Under the pieces are notes generated by a model. That model was not told the DNA's origin. It ran no database searches and worked only from the letters and a program-made list of their open reading frames with translations. From positions 136,128,911 to 136,192,910 of the forward strand of contig NC_057713.1 of the NCBI RefSeq assembly GCF_004010195.1: a stretch of DNA of 64,000 nucleotides, read 5' to 3'. Shown one piece after another: positions 25,390 through 38,966 of the stretch; position 1 is the first letter of the stretch; every line of letters starts with the position of its first letter. The position numbers and the translations under genes were made by a program. The stretch is from Chiloscyllium plagiosum (Eukaryota).

Positions 25390-28020
25390 ATACTAAATTC
25401 CCTCCAACTAAAATATATTCCAGAGAGGAAGACAGATTGTAAGAGGGAGAAAAAAATCTATGGTGAAGCAAAGATGTTAAAGAAATAAAAAGACAAAAAA
25501 ATTAAGGCATTCCATATTGCAAAGCTAAGTGCAGGCTGAAGGATTGGGAAACTTTTAAAGGTTGAAAGGTTACTAAAAAAACTAATAAAAAGCACAAAGA
25601 TTAATTAGAAAGATGACTAGCATAAAAATATAAAAATGGATAGCAAAAGCATTTACAAAAGGGAAGAGTAGTTGATATGAACGTTGGTCATTTGGAGGAT
25701 GAGACGGTCGAATTAATAATGGGGAACACAAATGGCAGGTGACACTAAATCAATACTTTGCCTCAATTTTCATGGAGGAGGACTCAAACCATCCAAATAG
25801 TAACAGATCATGCAGAGATTATAGAAAAGGAGAAACTTAAAGCAATTACCATTCTTAGGAAAAACGTGCTGAGCGAACTGTTGGCAAGTTCACAGGGCTT
25901 TATGACCTACATCCTAGAGTTTTAAAGGAAGTGGCAGCAAAGATAGGGTCGCATCGGTTATAATTCTCCAAAATTCCTAAATTATGGAAAGGATCCAGTG
26001 AATTGGAAAATGCTAATGGAATTCCCTTATTCAATAAAGGCAGGAGACTAAGTAGGAAACTAAGGACGCATTAGTTTAACTGGTATTATTGGAAAATTGA
26101 GAGAATCCATTAAGGAAGTAGCAACAAATATTAGGCAAGTCAAAGTGCAATCCAGAGTCAGTTTGGTTTAAGAGTAAATCATGTTCGACTAATTTATTAT
26201 AGAACAAAGTTTTCAAAGATAGCCAAGTTGATAATGAGGGTCCTGCAGCTGGAGAAAATGAGGACTGCAGATGCTGGAGATTAGAGCTTAAAAATGTATT
26301 GCTGGAAAAGCGCAGGTCAGGCAGCAAAGGAGAATCGACGTTTCGGCATTTCCTGAGAAGGGCTTATGCCCGAAACGTCGATTCTCCTTCTCCTTTGATA
26401 CTGCCTGACCTGCTGCGCTTTTCCAGCAACACATTTTTAAGTCCTGCAGATGGAGTAGAGATGGAATTCCAAAAGGCATTTGATAAGGTGTCACACAAAA
26501 GATTAATACATCATTCAAGATGGCTTGGGGTTAAGGGTAATAATACATTAGCATGAATAGAGGATTAGCTAACTAATAGAAACTAGTGTTTTCTGGTTGA
26601 TATTCTGTAAATAGTGGACCCAACAGGGTTTGAACATAAAACATAGAACACTACAGCGCAGTACAGGCCTTTTGGCCCTCAATGGTTTCACAGGGTGGTG
26701 CAACAATCTGAAATTCATCTAACCTACACTATTGCATTCTCGTCCATATGCCTATCCAATAACCATTTAAATGCCCTTCAAGTTGGCGAGCCGACAACTG
26801 TTACAGGCAGTGCATTCCACGCCCCTACTACTCAGAGTAAAGAAACTACCTCTGACATCTGTCCTATATCTATTACCCCTCAATTTAAAGCTATGTCTCC
26901 TCTAGCTAGCCATCGCCATCAGAGGAAAAAGGCTCTCGCTGTCCACCCCATCTAATCCTCTGGATTATCTTATATGTCTCAATTAAGTCACCTCTCAACC
27001 TTCTTCTCTCTAACGAAAACAATCTCAAGTCCCTCAACCTTTCCTTGTAAGACTTTCCCTTCTTACCGGACAACCACCTTGTAAATCTCTTCTGTACCCT
27101 TTTGAAAGCTTCCCCATCCTTCCTATAATGCAGTGAGTAGAACCATATACAATACTCCAAGCGTGGCCGCACCAGAGTTTTGTATAGTTACATGACGACC
27201 TCATGGTTCCAAAACTCGATCCCTCCAGTAATAAAAGCTAACACACCGTATGACTTCTTAACAGCCCTATCAACCTGGGTGGCAACTTTGAGGGATCTAT
27301 ATACATGGACACTGAGATCTCTCTGCTCATCTACACTACCACAAATCTTACCAATCGCCCTGCAATCTTCATTACTGTTACTTGGTCCTTGGATTCCAAC
27401 TATTTACTATTTTTCAACAATCTAGATTAAAGACTTGGTTGCAGTAGAAACATGTACTACAGGCAAATTTGCAGATGATACTAAAATAAGTGGGAAAGTA
27501 AGCTGCAATGAAAACTAAGAAATTTATGAACAGATATGGATAACAGACAGGCAAAAATTTGGTAGATGGAGTTTAACATGATTATCTATTTCAGTTGGAC
27601 TGACTAATAAGGAGGTTGAGTAGACTGGACCTGGTAAATAAAAGAATTGAGACAGTCTTATTGAAACATGTAATATTCTTAGTGGACTTGATAAGGTAGA
27701 TGTGGAAAGGTAGTTTTCCCCTTATGGATGTTTTGGACTAGATGTCATCATCGCAGAATAAGGGGTCACCCATTTAAGACAGAGACAGCGAGGAATTTTG
27801 TCTCTCAAAGAATCAAGAATCTGTGGGATACTTTACTGAAGAGATAAAGACAGGGTCATTTTAATATATTCAAGGCTGAGGCAGATATTTAATCAGAAAG
27901 GGAATCGAGGGTTATGCAGAAAAGACAGGAAAGTGGAGTTGAGGATTGTCAGATTAGCCATGATCGCATTGAGCGGCAGAGCAGACTTGATGGGACGAAC
28001 GGCCTACATTGGCTCCTCTT
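25390..28020 (+). mobile_element. Older CR1 LINE, interrupted by a hammerhead mini-element (26254-26440) and an antisense CR1 (26632-27383)
   Basis: LHPRVLKEVA, EFQKAFDKVSHKRL, KFADDTK, 3'UTR. The antisense insert encodes MRPRLEYCIWFYSLHYRKD..RRRLRGDLIETYKII. Confidence 0.85.
26254..26440. mobile_element. Family A palindromic hammerhead mini-element
   Basis: Inverted arms around CTGA-GAAGGGCTTATGCCCGAAACGTCGATTC (core one nt short). 14-bp TSD GTCCTGCAG(C/A)TGGA at 26240 and 26441. Confidence 0.85.
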
Positions 28021-28249
28021 TGATTGATGAGCATAGTTTCATTAGGTACAATCAAGAAGTTTGCTAAATCCTGGGAAAGACTTAAAAACATGGAAAGAAG
28101 AAATGGAGCTTGATTAATTTACTACCACAACAACTATGCCAGATCTAAATTAGATTTGCAAATCAATTATCTGAAAAGTTTTCTTTTCAAAACAAAACTA
28201 TTTATTTGTATGGGACAAATGCATTAAGAAAACATTCAAAGCTCCATAG

Positions 28250-30950
28250 TTGTTAACTCCATACTCCATCATGCTGAACATCAACTGGAAATATCAGGAG
28301 TATCGCATGGACACGGCAAGCATTAGAGGTGGGGTGCCTTCAATGTCCATCACCAAATGTGGCTGGGAACATCATTACTGCTCAGTGGGCTAAGTTTTAA
28401 ACGTCATAACTCTGGACTGAGCTGAGAACAGGCAGAGACGGAAAGGGGGAAGAACTTACTTGACCTTGCCCTTACCTTGACCAGGTGTTGTAAATGCCTC
28501 TGACCGTATTGGTAGGCATGAGGATCGCTCAGCCCTGGTGAAAATAAAGCCCCGTCTTCACATCAAGAGTACGCTCCATTGTATTGTGAGATATTACCGC
28601 TATGTTAAATGGGATAAACTTCCAACAGATCTAGCAATTTAAAACTCAACATCCACAAGGCACTGTGGGCTGTAAGCAACAACAGAATGGTATTCAATCA
28701 CAATATGAAAGCCCACTGCCAAAGTCCATCATTACCATCAAGCCAAGAGATCAATCCTGGTTTGAAGACAACTGCAAGAGGGTGTGCCAGGAGCAGCATC
28801 AGCATGAGGAAAAGATCATCCTGGTAAAACTACAGCTAATGACTATTTGCACATAAAATAGCAGAAGTTGCATATAAAACAAAGGATGCAGCACAGGCTA
28901 GTCAGAGCCAGGTGACCCAGCAATTAACAGATCAAATTTAAGCTTTGCAGTCTTGCCACACCCAGCAGGAAATGGATGTGAATGAGTAGATAACTAACTG
29001 GAGGGAACAGCTCCACAAATATCCCCATTCTCAACAGTGGGGCCACCAGTACATCTGTGCAAAAGACAAGTCTGTGGTATTAGCATCCATCTCCAGTCAG
29101 AAATGCAGGGCAGATGATCCATGCTAGCTCCTTGTTGAATTCCTCAACACCACAGATTCCAGCCTCCAGGCAATTTGATTCACTCCACATGATATGAAGA
29201 AATAATTGGAGCCACTGAATACTGAAACATTGCAAGTGCGGGCAATATTCAGGTACGAGTACTGAAGAGGTGCACCAGGGTTTGCTGCACTCCTACCCAA
29301 ACTGCTAGAGCACCACCTCAACAGTCACCTATTCAGCAGTGTGAAAATCTGCCCAAATTATATCAGAAAGCAGGATAAATCCAACCTAACCAATTACTGC
29401 ACCAGACTACTCTTGATCGTCAAAGGCAAAAAGCAGTCAGAGCTATCAAGCATACATTTCAAAATAAACTGCTCACTGATACTCTTGCCAGGGCCACTCA
29501 GCTCCTGATCTCATTGCAACCTTGGTCCCAACATAGACAACAAAAGGTGAATTTCACAGACAAGTTAGAGACTGCCTTTGACATTAAGGCAGCATTTGGC
29601 AAACAATGGCACCAAGAAACACTGGAGTCAATGGGAAACTGGGAAAGAGGCTCCTAACCAGCCCAAAGGAAGTTAGTTGTGGTGTCGTCCCACTCCCCCT
29701 TCAGTCAAAGCAAAACACTCAGAGACAAAGCATAGTTTTACCTCCTTCATCTTTATTCCACGCCCTGGAGGGAGAGAGAATGATTGCCCAGGTGCAAAGG
29801 GACATGAGTTCACGGTCTTCTCTCGAACAACGGTTTCTCAATGAACTATGTAGTCATTTTACAGGAAGGAGCATCCAGAAAAGGCAAGATACATATTAAT
29901 TGGGTGACAATCAATGAGTATCAATAGCAGAGACCAAGCCCTTTACTGTTACACAATGAATGTTCTTAACCTTGTAAACTGGATTCATACAATGGATAAT
30001 TTTCCCCTTGTTAGCTGACCTTGCATACTGAATGCTTCCAATATTGTTAAATGGCTCTACATAATGACTGATTTTCCACCTTGTGAACCCATTACCCTTA
30101 CCTGCAGCACCCCATTGTTAATTGTAAGTTCTTATCTGAGTCATGCTCAACTGAACCTCTCGTTCCACAAAACTCAACTCTTTCCCTCCCTGCTTATGCC
30201 TTATAGACTCTCTCAGTGGTTGTTGCAAGTTCATAATTTCAGTCCCAACATATCACTTCATCAAAAAGGTCAGAAATTGAGATGTTGACAGATGATTGCA
30301 TATTGTTCAGCATTATTTGCAACTCAAACTGAAGCTGGCTGTGTCCATCTATAACAAACATTGGAAAACATCCAAACTTGGCCTGATAAGTAGCAAGTAA
30401 CATTCACACCACATCAAGTGCCAAAGAATCATCTTCAGCAAGAGAAAATCTAACCGTTTCACATTGACAGTCAATCACATTACCATCATGGAATCCCCAA
30501 TGTTAATATCAGGGGGATGGGTTCATTTACCAGAAACTAAACAAGCTACATTAAGTATTACTACAAAAGCATGTCAATATAGGAGTTCTGTGACTAATAC
30601 ATCACTGCCTAACCAAAGTTCATCACTATGTACAAGCCGTATGACAGGAGTGAGATAGAATACCTTCTACCCGTCTCAACAAGCACTGTTTTAACTCCAC
30701 TCGAGAAATTCAACACCACACAAAAAAGAAATCAGTCCATTTGATTGGTACCCAACTCATTACTTTCAATGTTCACTCTCACCTCCACTGCACAGTGAAT
30801 ACCACCTAAAAGATGTATTGCATCAACTGACCCAGGCTCCTTCAACACCTTCTGAACCCTTTAATACCCAGAACGAAAAGGTTACATGGGAGCAACATCA
30901 CCTGCAAGTTCCCCTTCAAACCATAGACAACACTAATTTGAAAGTAAATC
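28250..30950 (+). mobile_element. Ancient CR1-clade LINE (endonuclease-RT remnants) interrupted by a solo LTR
   Basis: GAFNVHH, ITIKPRDQSWFEDNC, DKSNLTNY, DIKAAF, DDCILFS. Confidence 0.75.
29683..30215 (-). mobile_element. Solo LTR, copy 2
   Basis: TG...CA termini with a perfect 4-bp TSD GTGG (29679-29682, 30216-30219); AATAAA on the minus strand. Confidence 0.85.
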
Positions 30951-30959
30951 ACTTTTTCT

Positions 30960-31690
30960 GCTTCAAAAGAAGTGCATGCCTAACAGATCTTTGAGGTAAC
31001 AAGCAAGTTAGACAAAGAAGATCCAGTGGATGTTATCTATTTGGATTTCCAGAAGGTCTTTGAAAAGGAGCTACATAGGAAGCTGCTAAATAGGATAACA
31101 CAGCATGATATTAGGGGCAAGGCACTGGCATGGATAAAGGATTAGCTAACTGGCAGACAGCAGAGTGAGAGCAAAGGAATCATTTTCAGGATGGCAACTG
31201 GTGACTAGTGGAGGTCCTCAGCAGTCAGTGCTGGGATCAAAACTATTCACGTTATATATTAATGATCTGGATAAAGGAACTGACAGCATTATTGCTACAT
31301 TTGCAAATAACACAAAGATAGATAAAACAGGTAGTGTTGAGAAAAAGGGGAGGCTTCAGAAAGGCGAGTGGGAAAAGTAGTGGTAGATGGAATACATGTG
31401 AGAAAGTGATAGGTTATGCACTTTGGTAGGAAGAATAGAAGCACAGACTTATTTTTAAAATGGGAAAGCTTCAGAGATCTGCAACGACATAGGAGCCCTG
31501 GTTCAAGATTCTTGTAAGGTTTACATGCAGGTTCAGTTGGCAGTTAAGGAGGCAAATGCAATGTTAGCATTCATTTCAAGAGGGCTAAAATATGAGAACT
31601 GACGCTGTAAAAGGCTCTGGTTAGATTATATGAGGAATATTGTGAGCAGTTTTGGACACAGATTTATCAGAAAGGGTATGCTATCACGAA
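30960..31690 (+). mobile_element. CR1 LINE RT fragment
   Basis: VDVIYLDFQKVF, SGWQLVTSGGPQQSVLG, YINDLDKG. Confidence 0.85.
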
Positions 31691-31694
31691 AAAA

Positions 31695-32010
31695 ACTAAA
31701 AGAAATGTAGATCCTGGGAAGTTGAAATAAAAACAAATTGCTGGAGAAACTCAGGAAATCTGGCAGCATCTGTGGAGAGAAATCAGAGTTAACATTTCAG
31801 GTCCAGTGATCTTAGTAGCTAAGAAAAGGTTGGTATTAATGCAGGGGGAAGAGGGGGGGGGGGGAGGGGGGGGGGGGGGAAAGCACTAAATGACATGTGG
31901 AGATGGGCTCAAAGAGACAGAAAAACAGTTGGACAAAAGGAATGGATGAATGGTCAGTCTGGGAGAATGAATAGCTGCTAAGGGGAACTATTAACAGCTG
32001 ACAAAGGGCT
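31695..32010 (-). mobile_element. PLE 3'UTR fragment (homologous to 12440-12780) with an expanded G-tract
   Basis: tgctggagaaactcagg..tggcagcatctgtggagagaaatcagagttaacatttcaggtc. G12-A-G14 at 31853-31879. Confidence 0.65.
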
Positions 32011-32109
32011 ACTCATGCAATTTCAAAAACTTTCACTGGTGTCCACAAGTCATAACTCAAAATTTAAGACAAATGAAGCTGCAGGATTACACATAAAGCC
32101 AGTTAGAAA

Positions 32110-32790
32110 TTCTGCAGTTAAGCATTGAGGTATAGAGTCATCTTGAGTTCTAAGTTCATAGCTCCCTGAAAGTGGCAATGCAAGCGAATAAAGATGGGAA
32201 AGGCAGCAATACAGCATGTTTGCCTTCAGTCAGGGCATTGAGTATAAATGCTGTTAAGTCACGTTGCAGCTGTTTAGTTAGACTGCATTTTGAAGGAGTT
32301 TGCGCAGTTCTGGTTGCCACACGATGGGAAGGCTTTGGAGAGGGTGCAAAAGAGGTTTAACTGGATGTGGCCTGGAATGGAGTGCATCAACTAGAAGGAG
32401 AGATCAAACAAACTTGGACTGCTTGCTCTAGAGCGCCAGCAGCTGAGGGACAACCCAATTAAATTTTATAAAATTGAGAAACATGAAAGGGTGGGTAGTT
32501 CGAACCTTTTTCCCAGGCTGCAAATATCAAATACTGGGGGGCATAGGTTTAAGATGTGAGGTAAAAAGTTTAAAGGAGATGCACAAAAAGGAGGATAAGT
32601 AGGTGCATGGAATAAGGTGTCAGGGTAGTTGGTGGAAGCAAACACAATAGTGAAGTCAAAGACACATTTAGGTAGACACATGAAATGGAGGATAGGGACC
32701 ACGTGTAGTTTAGAATGGCATCATGGTCAGTACAGATATGGCAGGCGAAAGGGCCTCTTTCTGTGTTGAACTGTTCAATGTTCTATGCAA
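32110..32790 (+). mobile_element. CR1 LINE 3' fragment
   Basis: Degenerate ALERVQKRF.., GHRFK and CR1 tail. Confidence 0.8.
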
Positions 32791-33424
32791 GAGTATAGAG
32801 AAGTAATTCAATGCCAGCTGGTTGGTGAAACAGTTGGTGAAACACACTTGAGGCATTGTCTACCAGAGTCAGTTGAGCCTCAAATTTTAAACAACTGTTG
32901 TGCAGAGACATGTTACACAAGTTTACTTCCTGTTTGATCTCAAAAAAATCATAAAACAGAACATTGGAACTAGCATTTTGGTTGTGAGGAAATATTCATT
33001 GCAACACGTATTTGTGTAATGTGTATCAGGCAGTACTGATATTTTCAAAAATGTGTGAATTCTTGGATTAAGATCAGTGATGCAATTATTTAACAATTTC
33101 TCTTCAAAAAGAAAGTTGAGGAAATTAATCACATTCAAAAGCTTGGAAAATACTTCAAAGAACCTAAAATGTTTTTTCTTCTCAACATGATCAAGAAACA
33201 ACTCCTATCTGACTTTTAAAAATACATTGTTGCATCCCAAAGTTCATTTAAATGGAAGAAAATGAACATATTTTCAGCCATTCAAAACTGCGTCAACACC
33301 ATCCAGCAATTCTTTAGTGATTTTGCCAGAGGCACCAATATTGCACAAATGACACATTTAAGTTCTGCTTAGCAATAGGTAGCAGATTAATGCAGAGTTA
33401 CAGTAGTTTCCAATAAGAAGCTGT

Positions 33425-33660
33425 GACAGCCTATTATCACTGGACTATAAATCCAGAGACCCAGGTGATGTTCTGGATACCAGAGTTCAAATCCCGCCAC
33501 AGATGGTGGAATTTAAATTTAATAAAAATTTAGAATGAAGTGTCGAATGGTGACCATGAATTCATTATTGACTGTTGGGAAAACTCATCTGGTTCACTCA
33601 TGCCCTTTCAGGAAGGGAACTGTCTCCCTTACCTGGTTTGGCCTACATAGGACTCCAGAC
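33425..33660 (+). mobile_element. tRNA-derived SINE fragment (same family as 50990-51325)
   Basis: ctggact..aatccagagaccca..ggttcaaatccc..aataaaaa..gaccatga..ctggttcac is shared with 50990-51325. Confidence 0.7.
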
Positions 33661-36300
33661 TCTCATTTATCCACATTATACTTAATCTGCCATGCACTGG
33701 CCTGCACTCTCACTGCCTAAATCACAATGAAATCCTCTTTCACTTAACCTCAAACTTTGTGTCATCAGCAAACTTGGGAAATATTGCATTTAGCTCCATC
33801 ATCTAAAATCATGAATGTATATTGTGACTAGCTGGGGTCCAACCACTGATTCTTGCAATCTGTAATCACTGGACACCATTCAGAAAAAGATCCACTTATT
33901 CCTATTCGGTTTCCTGTCTACCACCCAGTTCTCTATCCATGTCAGTATGCTACAGCCAATCCTATGTACTTCAATTTTACATACTTATCTGTTAAGCGTG
34001 ACCTTATCAAGAGCCTTCTGAAATTCCAATCAAACCACAACCACTGGTTCCCCCATATCAACCTACTAGTCACATCCTTAAAAAGTTAAAATTTATCAAG
34101 CATGGCTTCCCTTTCTTAAATCCTAGTTGACACTGTCCAATCCTGCCTGTTTTCCAAATGCACTGCTTTGAAATCTTTTATAATGGACTCTAGCATTTCC
34201 CCCCACCACTAATGGCAGGGCAACTGGTCTATAATGCCCTACTTTCTCCCCACCTTATAAATGAATGGAGGTAGAGTTACATTATCTGCCCTCTAAATCC
34301 ATAGGAATTGTTCCAGTGTCTAGTGTCTTGAAAAATCATCCACTATTTCTAGGTGACTCACAATCAATACTCACAAGCAATTCAACAATCCATTTAATTG
34401 ATTTGCCTTCTTTGCTCCACACTGTAACAATCCCCATTTATGACTGTAAAGGATGTACATTTGCCTTCAGCAAATCTTTTTCTCTTCACGTACCTACAGA
34501 ACCTTTTACAATCAGTTTGAAAGTTCCCTGCAAGTTCCCTTCTGTATTCTACTTAGTCCCTTTTCATCAATCTTTGTACTTCCTTCCTGAAATCTAGACT
34601 GCTCCCAATCCTTAGGTCTACAGCTATTTTTTGGGTCAATTTGTATGACTCTTCCTTGGATCCAATGCTATCCCAAATTTCCCTTGTAAGCGATGGTCAG
34701 GTCACCTTTCCAGTCGTATTTTTGCAGCAAACAAGGATGAACAATTATTGTAGTTCTCCCTTGTGTTCTTTAAGCATATGACACTGCCTCTCCGCCACCG
34801 TCCCTTTAAGTCACGATTCCCAATTTATCACAGCCAGTTCATGCCTCTTACCACGGCGTCTCCTCCATGCACTTAAACTCTATGCCTCAGCTTACAAAGG
34901 CAAATAACCCACATGCTTTCTTAACCATAAACCTTCTTAATCTAAGGCTATCCTCCTCATTATTTACCACCCCAGCAATTTTTGTATCATTTGTGATCTT
35001 CCTGATCAATCTTCCTACATTCAAGTCCAAATTGTTCATATATACCACAGAGAGCAAAGAGGTCAATGACCCCTGTGGGACTCCACTGGACATCGGCTTC
35101 CAGTCAATAACACCCCTCGACCATCATCCTCTGCTTCCTGCCATTCAGCTGAATCTGGATCCAAACTTCCTTGGATCCCATGGGCTTTTACCTTCACTAT
35201 CAGTCTCTCATGCAGGATCTTATCGAAAGCCTTACTGAAATCCAAAGTAGATTATGTTGAATGCATTGCCCTCACCTATACATCTGATTACCTCTGAAAA
35301 ATTCTGTTAAGTTGGTCAAATGTTACTTTCCCTTAATAAAACCATGCTGACTGTTTTTGACTAATCCCTACCTCTCCAAGGACTAATTCTGTCTCTCCAA
35401 ACTGCCTCCAACAGTTTACTACCACAGAACTTAGACTGACTGGCCTGTAGTTTCTTGGTTTATCCCTTACTTCCATTCTGGTATACATTGGCTGTCCTCA
35501 GCCTTCTGGCATCTCTCCTGTGGCCAGATCAGAATTGAAAATTATTGCCAACACTCTTGCTATTTCTTCCCTTGCCTTATTCAACAACCTGGAATACATT
35601 TAATCTGAATTTTTAAAAACCACCAAAAGTACTGCAGATGCTGGAAAACAGAAACAAAAACAGAAATTGTTGGAAAAGCTCAGCAGGTCTAGCAGAATCT
35701 GTGGCGAGAAATCAGAGTTAATGTTTTAGGTCCAGTGATTCTGCTTCAGAACAGTTCTGTAAGGTTAGCTCTGCTTTTATTAACCCTTCAATATACTTTA
35801 AAATAAACTAGGATTTTCCTTAATGTTTTCCTGCAAGTATTCTTTCATGCTCCCTTTTTGCTTTTTTTTTAAAAAAGTTTCTCCTTGCACATTTTGTGGG
35901 GCCTTTGCTGTCTTGAGCCTTCAATGTTTGCCAAATCTTCCTTGTTCTCTTCATCCAATTTGGTATATCACATGATATCCAGGTTCATTGGATTTGTTGA
36001 TCCCACTTTTTTCCTTTACTGAAACACGTTGGCCTTATACTCTCCCCATTTCCTTCTTGAATGCATCTCACAGATTTACTTGCAAGTATCTGCTCCCAAT
36101 TCACTGTGGCCAAATTATATCTGATTTTATTGGCCTTCCCCTAATTGAGAACATTCATTTCAAACCCACTCTTGCCTTTTCCCTAACAATTGTAAATCTA
36201 TGGAGTTACGATCAGTGCCTGCAAAATGCTCACCCACCAATACTTAAACCACTTCCTCGGCTTCATTACCGAAAGTTAAATCCAGGTCTGCCCTCTCATC
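33660..36300 (-). mobile_element. Stacked degenerate CR1 LINE fragments
   Basis: DFSKAFDKILHERL, SGVPQGS, NDTKIAGVV and a second KFADDTK-like motif. Confidence 0.75.
35625..35765 (-). mobile_element. PLE-tail mini-element with decayed hammerhead and the start of an inverted arm
   Basis: ctgcagatgctgga..ggaaaagctcagcaggtc..gagttaatgttttaggtccagtgattctgcttcagaac|agttctgtaag. Confidence 0.65.
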
Positions 36301-37319
36301 AGATTTTTAAAATCTATTTCCCACCGTGGCTTGGAGGGAAACGTGCAGGTGATGGCAACTCCATGCAAGTGTTAACCTTGTCCTTCTAGATGGCAGATGT
36401 TATGGGTTTGGAGAGTACCGTCAAAGAAGTCTTGCTAAGTGCTGCAATGCTTTTTAAAAGGTAATACTGATGCCAATGGATATTGATGCTGGAAGCAGCG
36501 ATGCAGGTGGTGGTGACTTCAAACTAAATAATATTCACTGAACCAGTTATGAAGTAACAATGCTAAAGATTATAAAAATGGAAGGATCAAAATCTCTAAT
36601 ACACTGACTGCAGATTGTTTGCTGAAGGGAGAGAAAGTTTGAAGAAATTTGGCAGAGTGCTGAAGCACAACTTGGTTGGATTCAGCAAGTAGAAGGCTGA
36701 GGAAATGAAGTGCAACTAGGAGGATGGACATGTACACAGCAGGGTGCAAACAGTCAGTCTCATGGTGAGGTGACAAAATCTAAATGTCTGAAGACTCAAC
36801 TCAGTGATGAGCAGGAGAGAAAACTGGAAGTTTGCAGCAGAATGGAGTCAAAAGGAAATCAGCGATTACAAAGGAAGCTTCAAATTTAAGTATGTAAAAC
36901 CTTAAGGGACACCAAAGATCAGAGTGATACTGAAGACAACTATAACCACAGAACAGCAGTATAGGTCAACACTGTGTGAAACATAATTGTGCTCTCATCT
37001 GTCCTACTGGAAAATTTAAGTCAGAACAGAAAACGTATAAAAATAATTGACATTGGGACTTGCACACCAAAATGTTATATTCATCTCAATCATACATTAC
37101 TTTATAGATTTTCTTCAAGCTTAGCTAAAATATTAATGTCAAGCTGCATGTGGTTTAAAGAAAATCTCAAGCCAAGAGCTGGAAATTCCATTACTTAATT
37201 CACAATAATTGCCATGTTAAAACTCGATGGATATGACTTCCAACACAAACAGTAATTAACATGCAGGAATCAAAGCCATTTTGGATATTCAAACTCGATC
37301 GTAATGTAGATACACTTAC

Positions 37320-38966
37320 CTGGTGTTGGGCAGGCACTTGTTGCAATGTGGCCTTAGGTGAAGAATGCTGTGACTGGACCCAGGGCTGATGTTGATGAGA
37401 TGTCGGAGAAGTCTGATGATGAACTGCTGAGTGCTGTTTCACAGATGGACAAGTTGGCAACTGAGGTTGAAAAGGCTGATTTGGGTGCTGTTGGCCAGAC
37501 ATTAGACGTTCCTGCATCATCTGATCGGCATGATTTCCACTGGGACCAAGTGCACCAACTGGTCTTGGAAGGCTGCCAATATCCCTTGGTACAGAAGGGC
37601 TCATGTATTGTGTCTGCATGCTTCTGGGACCAATGCTCCTCTGTCCAAGACCCATGGTACCTGGGGACTGGTGTGACTGTTGAGGCAGGGGCATGTTTGA
37701 ATAGCTTCCAACCTCCAACTGCATTCCAGCACTGCCAGGCCTAACCTGTGGTGGAGGGGTGCCTGCTGGGTTACTCATAGCTTTCATCGGTGACATTGGT
37801 GGTGGAGAAGCATAAGTTCCCTGAGACTGTGTGGGGTGCATAGTTTGTGCATTAATTTGGTTAAGTGGGCCACCTGGATGTATAGTCTGCTGGTGCATTA
37901 GTCCTTGGCTTGTGCCACCTGGGAATCCCACAGTATTTGGATAGCGGGGTATTGACTGGTTCACAGATGGGTTACTATTAAGGCCTAGGTTTTGATTGAT
38001 CCCTGTATTACTGTTAACTAATCCCTGATTAATGCTACTATAAGGATATTGTGAATACTGCCCTGAGCTACTCACAGATTGTGATGGTACCGCCTGGCTA
38101 CGTGAATTAAAATTTAAGTTTTGTTGTCTGCTACTGGCTTGTTGAGAAGGGTTTGGGGAAAATCTAGGACTGTGAGCAATGGAATCTCCATGGAGAGAAT
38201 TGGGGGGAGGGGGGTGGGGATGGTACTGCTGGGTTGGAGTGTGACGTAAAGAAGGGCCAATGTTGGGGGTTTGCTGAGGCATGTGAGCTAAGTGGCCTGG
38301 TCCTGAAGTTCCCATGAAAGGATTTCCTTGACTGAGGGCCTCTTGACCCTGAGTGAATTGGTTCACCCTCTGCTGCTGAGGCTGGTTGTGCTGCTGCAAT
38401 GAATAATCACTACGTGTTAGGTAATTCCCCATCTGTTGCATATGTTGAGCGTGCCCTTGCCCTGGGGGTGGGGGCTGTGGTTGTTGCTGTTGCTGGAAGG
38501 CAGGTCGGGTCTGATCTGGCACCTGAACAGCACGTGGGCCCCACATGGAGCCACTGTCTACAAACTGCTGTCCACACCTTTCATTCTGCATAGTAGGGTA
38601 CACACCCATCTGAGCACCACTGTGAGGGACTGGTGGAACCGTGGGGTTGTGGTATTGAGAGTGGGGTGATGCCATACCATTCCCGGGTGTATTGCCAATC
38701 ATTCGGTTAGGCTGATCTACCAGATGTATTTTTTGCTGTTCAAATGGACCAAAATGATCATAATGAGCCAGCTTAGTTTGAGTCTGAGTTGGTGGGGGAT
38801 GATGGAGAGGAGACTGCATGGAGCCAAATCCTTGATCCATGGGTAATTGCTGCCCAAGAGCATTCACTGGATTTTCTGAAAAACCACATTCTCCAAGACC
38901 TTCAAGCCCTTCACTGAAAATGTTCCCATCATCACCAAACAAACTCAGCATACCAGGATCTGCCAT
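37320..38966 (-). CDS. CHD7: Chromodomain helicase DNA-binding protein 7, coding part of first coding exon (exon 2), 549 codons, Pro/Gln/His-rich N-terminus
   Basis: The translation [28 protein letters not shown]...[13 protein letters not shown]...[30 protein letters not shown]...QVPAQHQ is collinear with the vertebrate CHD7 N-terminus as I recall it. ATG at 38966 (context GAAGATGG). Phase-0 donor CAG|GTAAGT at 37320/37319; 1647 nt. Confidence 0.97.

Noticed and set aside
37200-37319. ORF-track extension VSVSTLRSS...WQLL of the 593-aa ORF, and its upstream MSTRK start
   Set aside because: The extension is read-through past a consensus CAG|GTAAGT donor into intron 2, and CHD7 similarity stops at HQ. 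The 38981 start is a non-ATG codon.
1-37319. Search for CHD7 exon 3 (Lys/Glu/Pro-rich KEPK repeats)
   Set aside because: No matching minus-strand ORF seen; exon 3 presumably lies beyond the window start.
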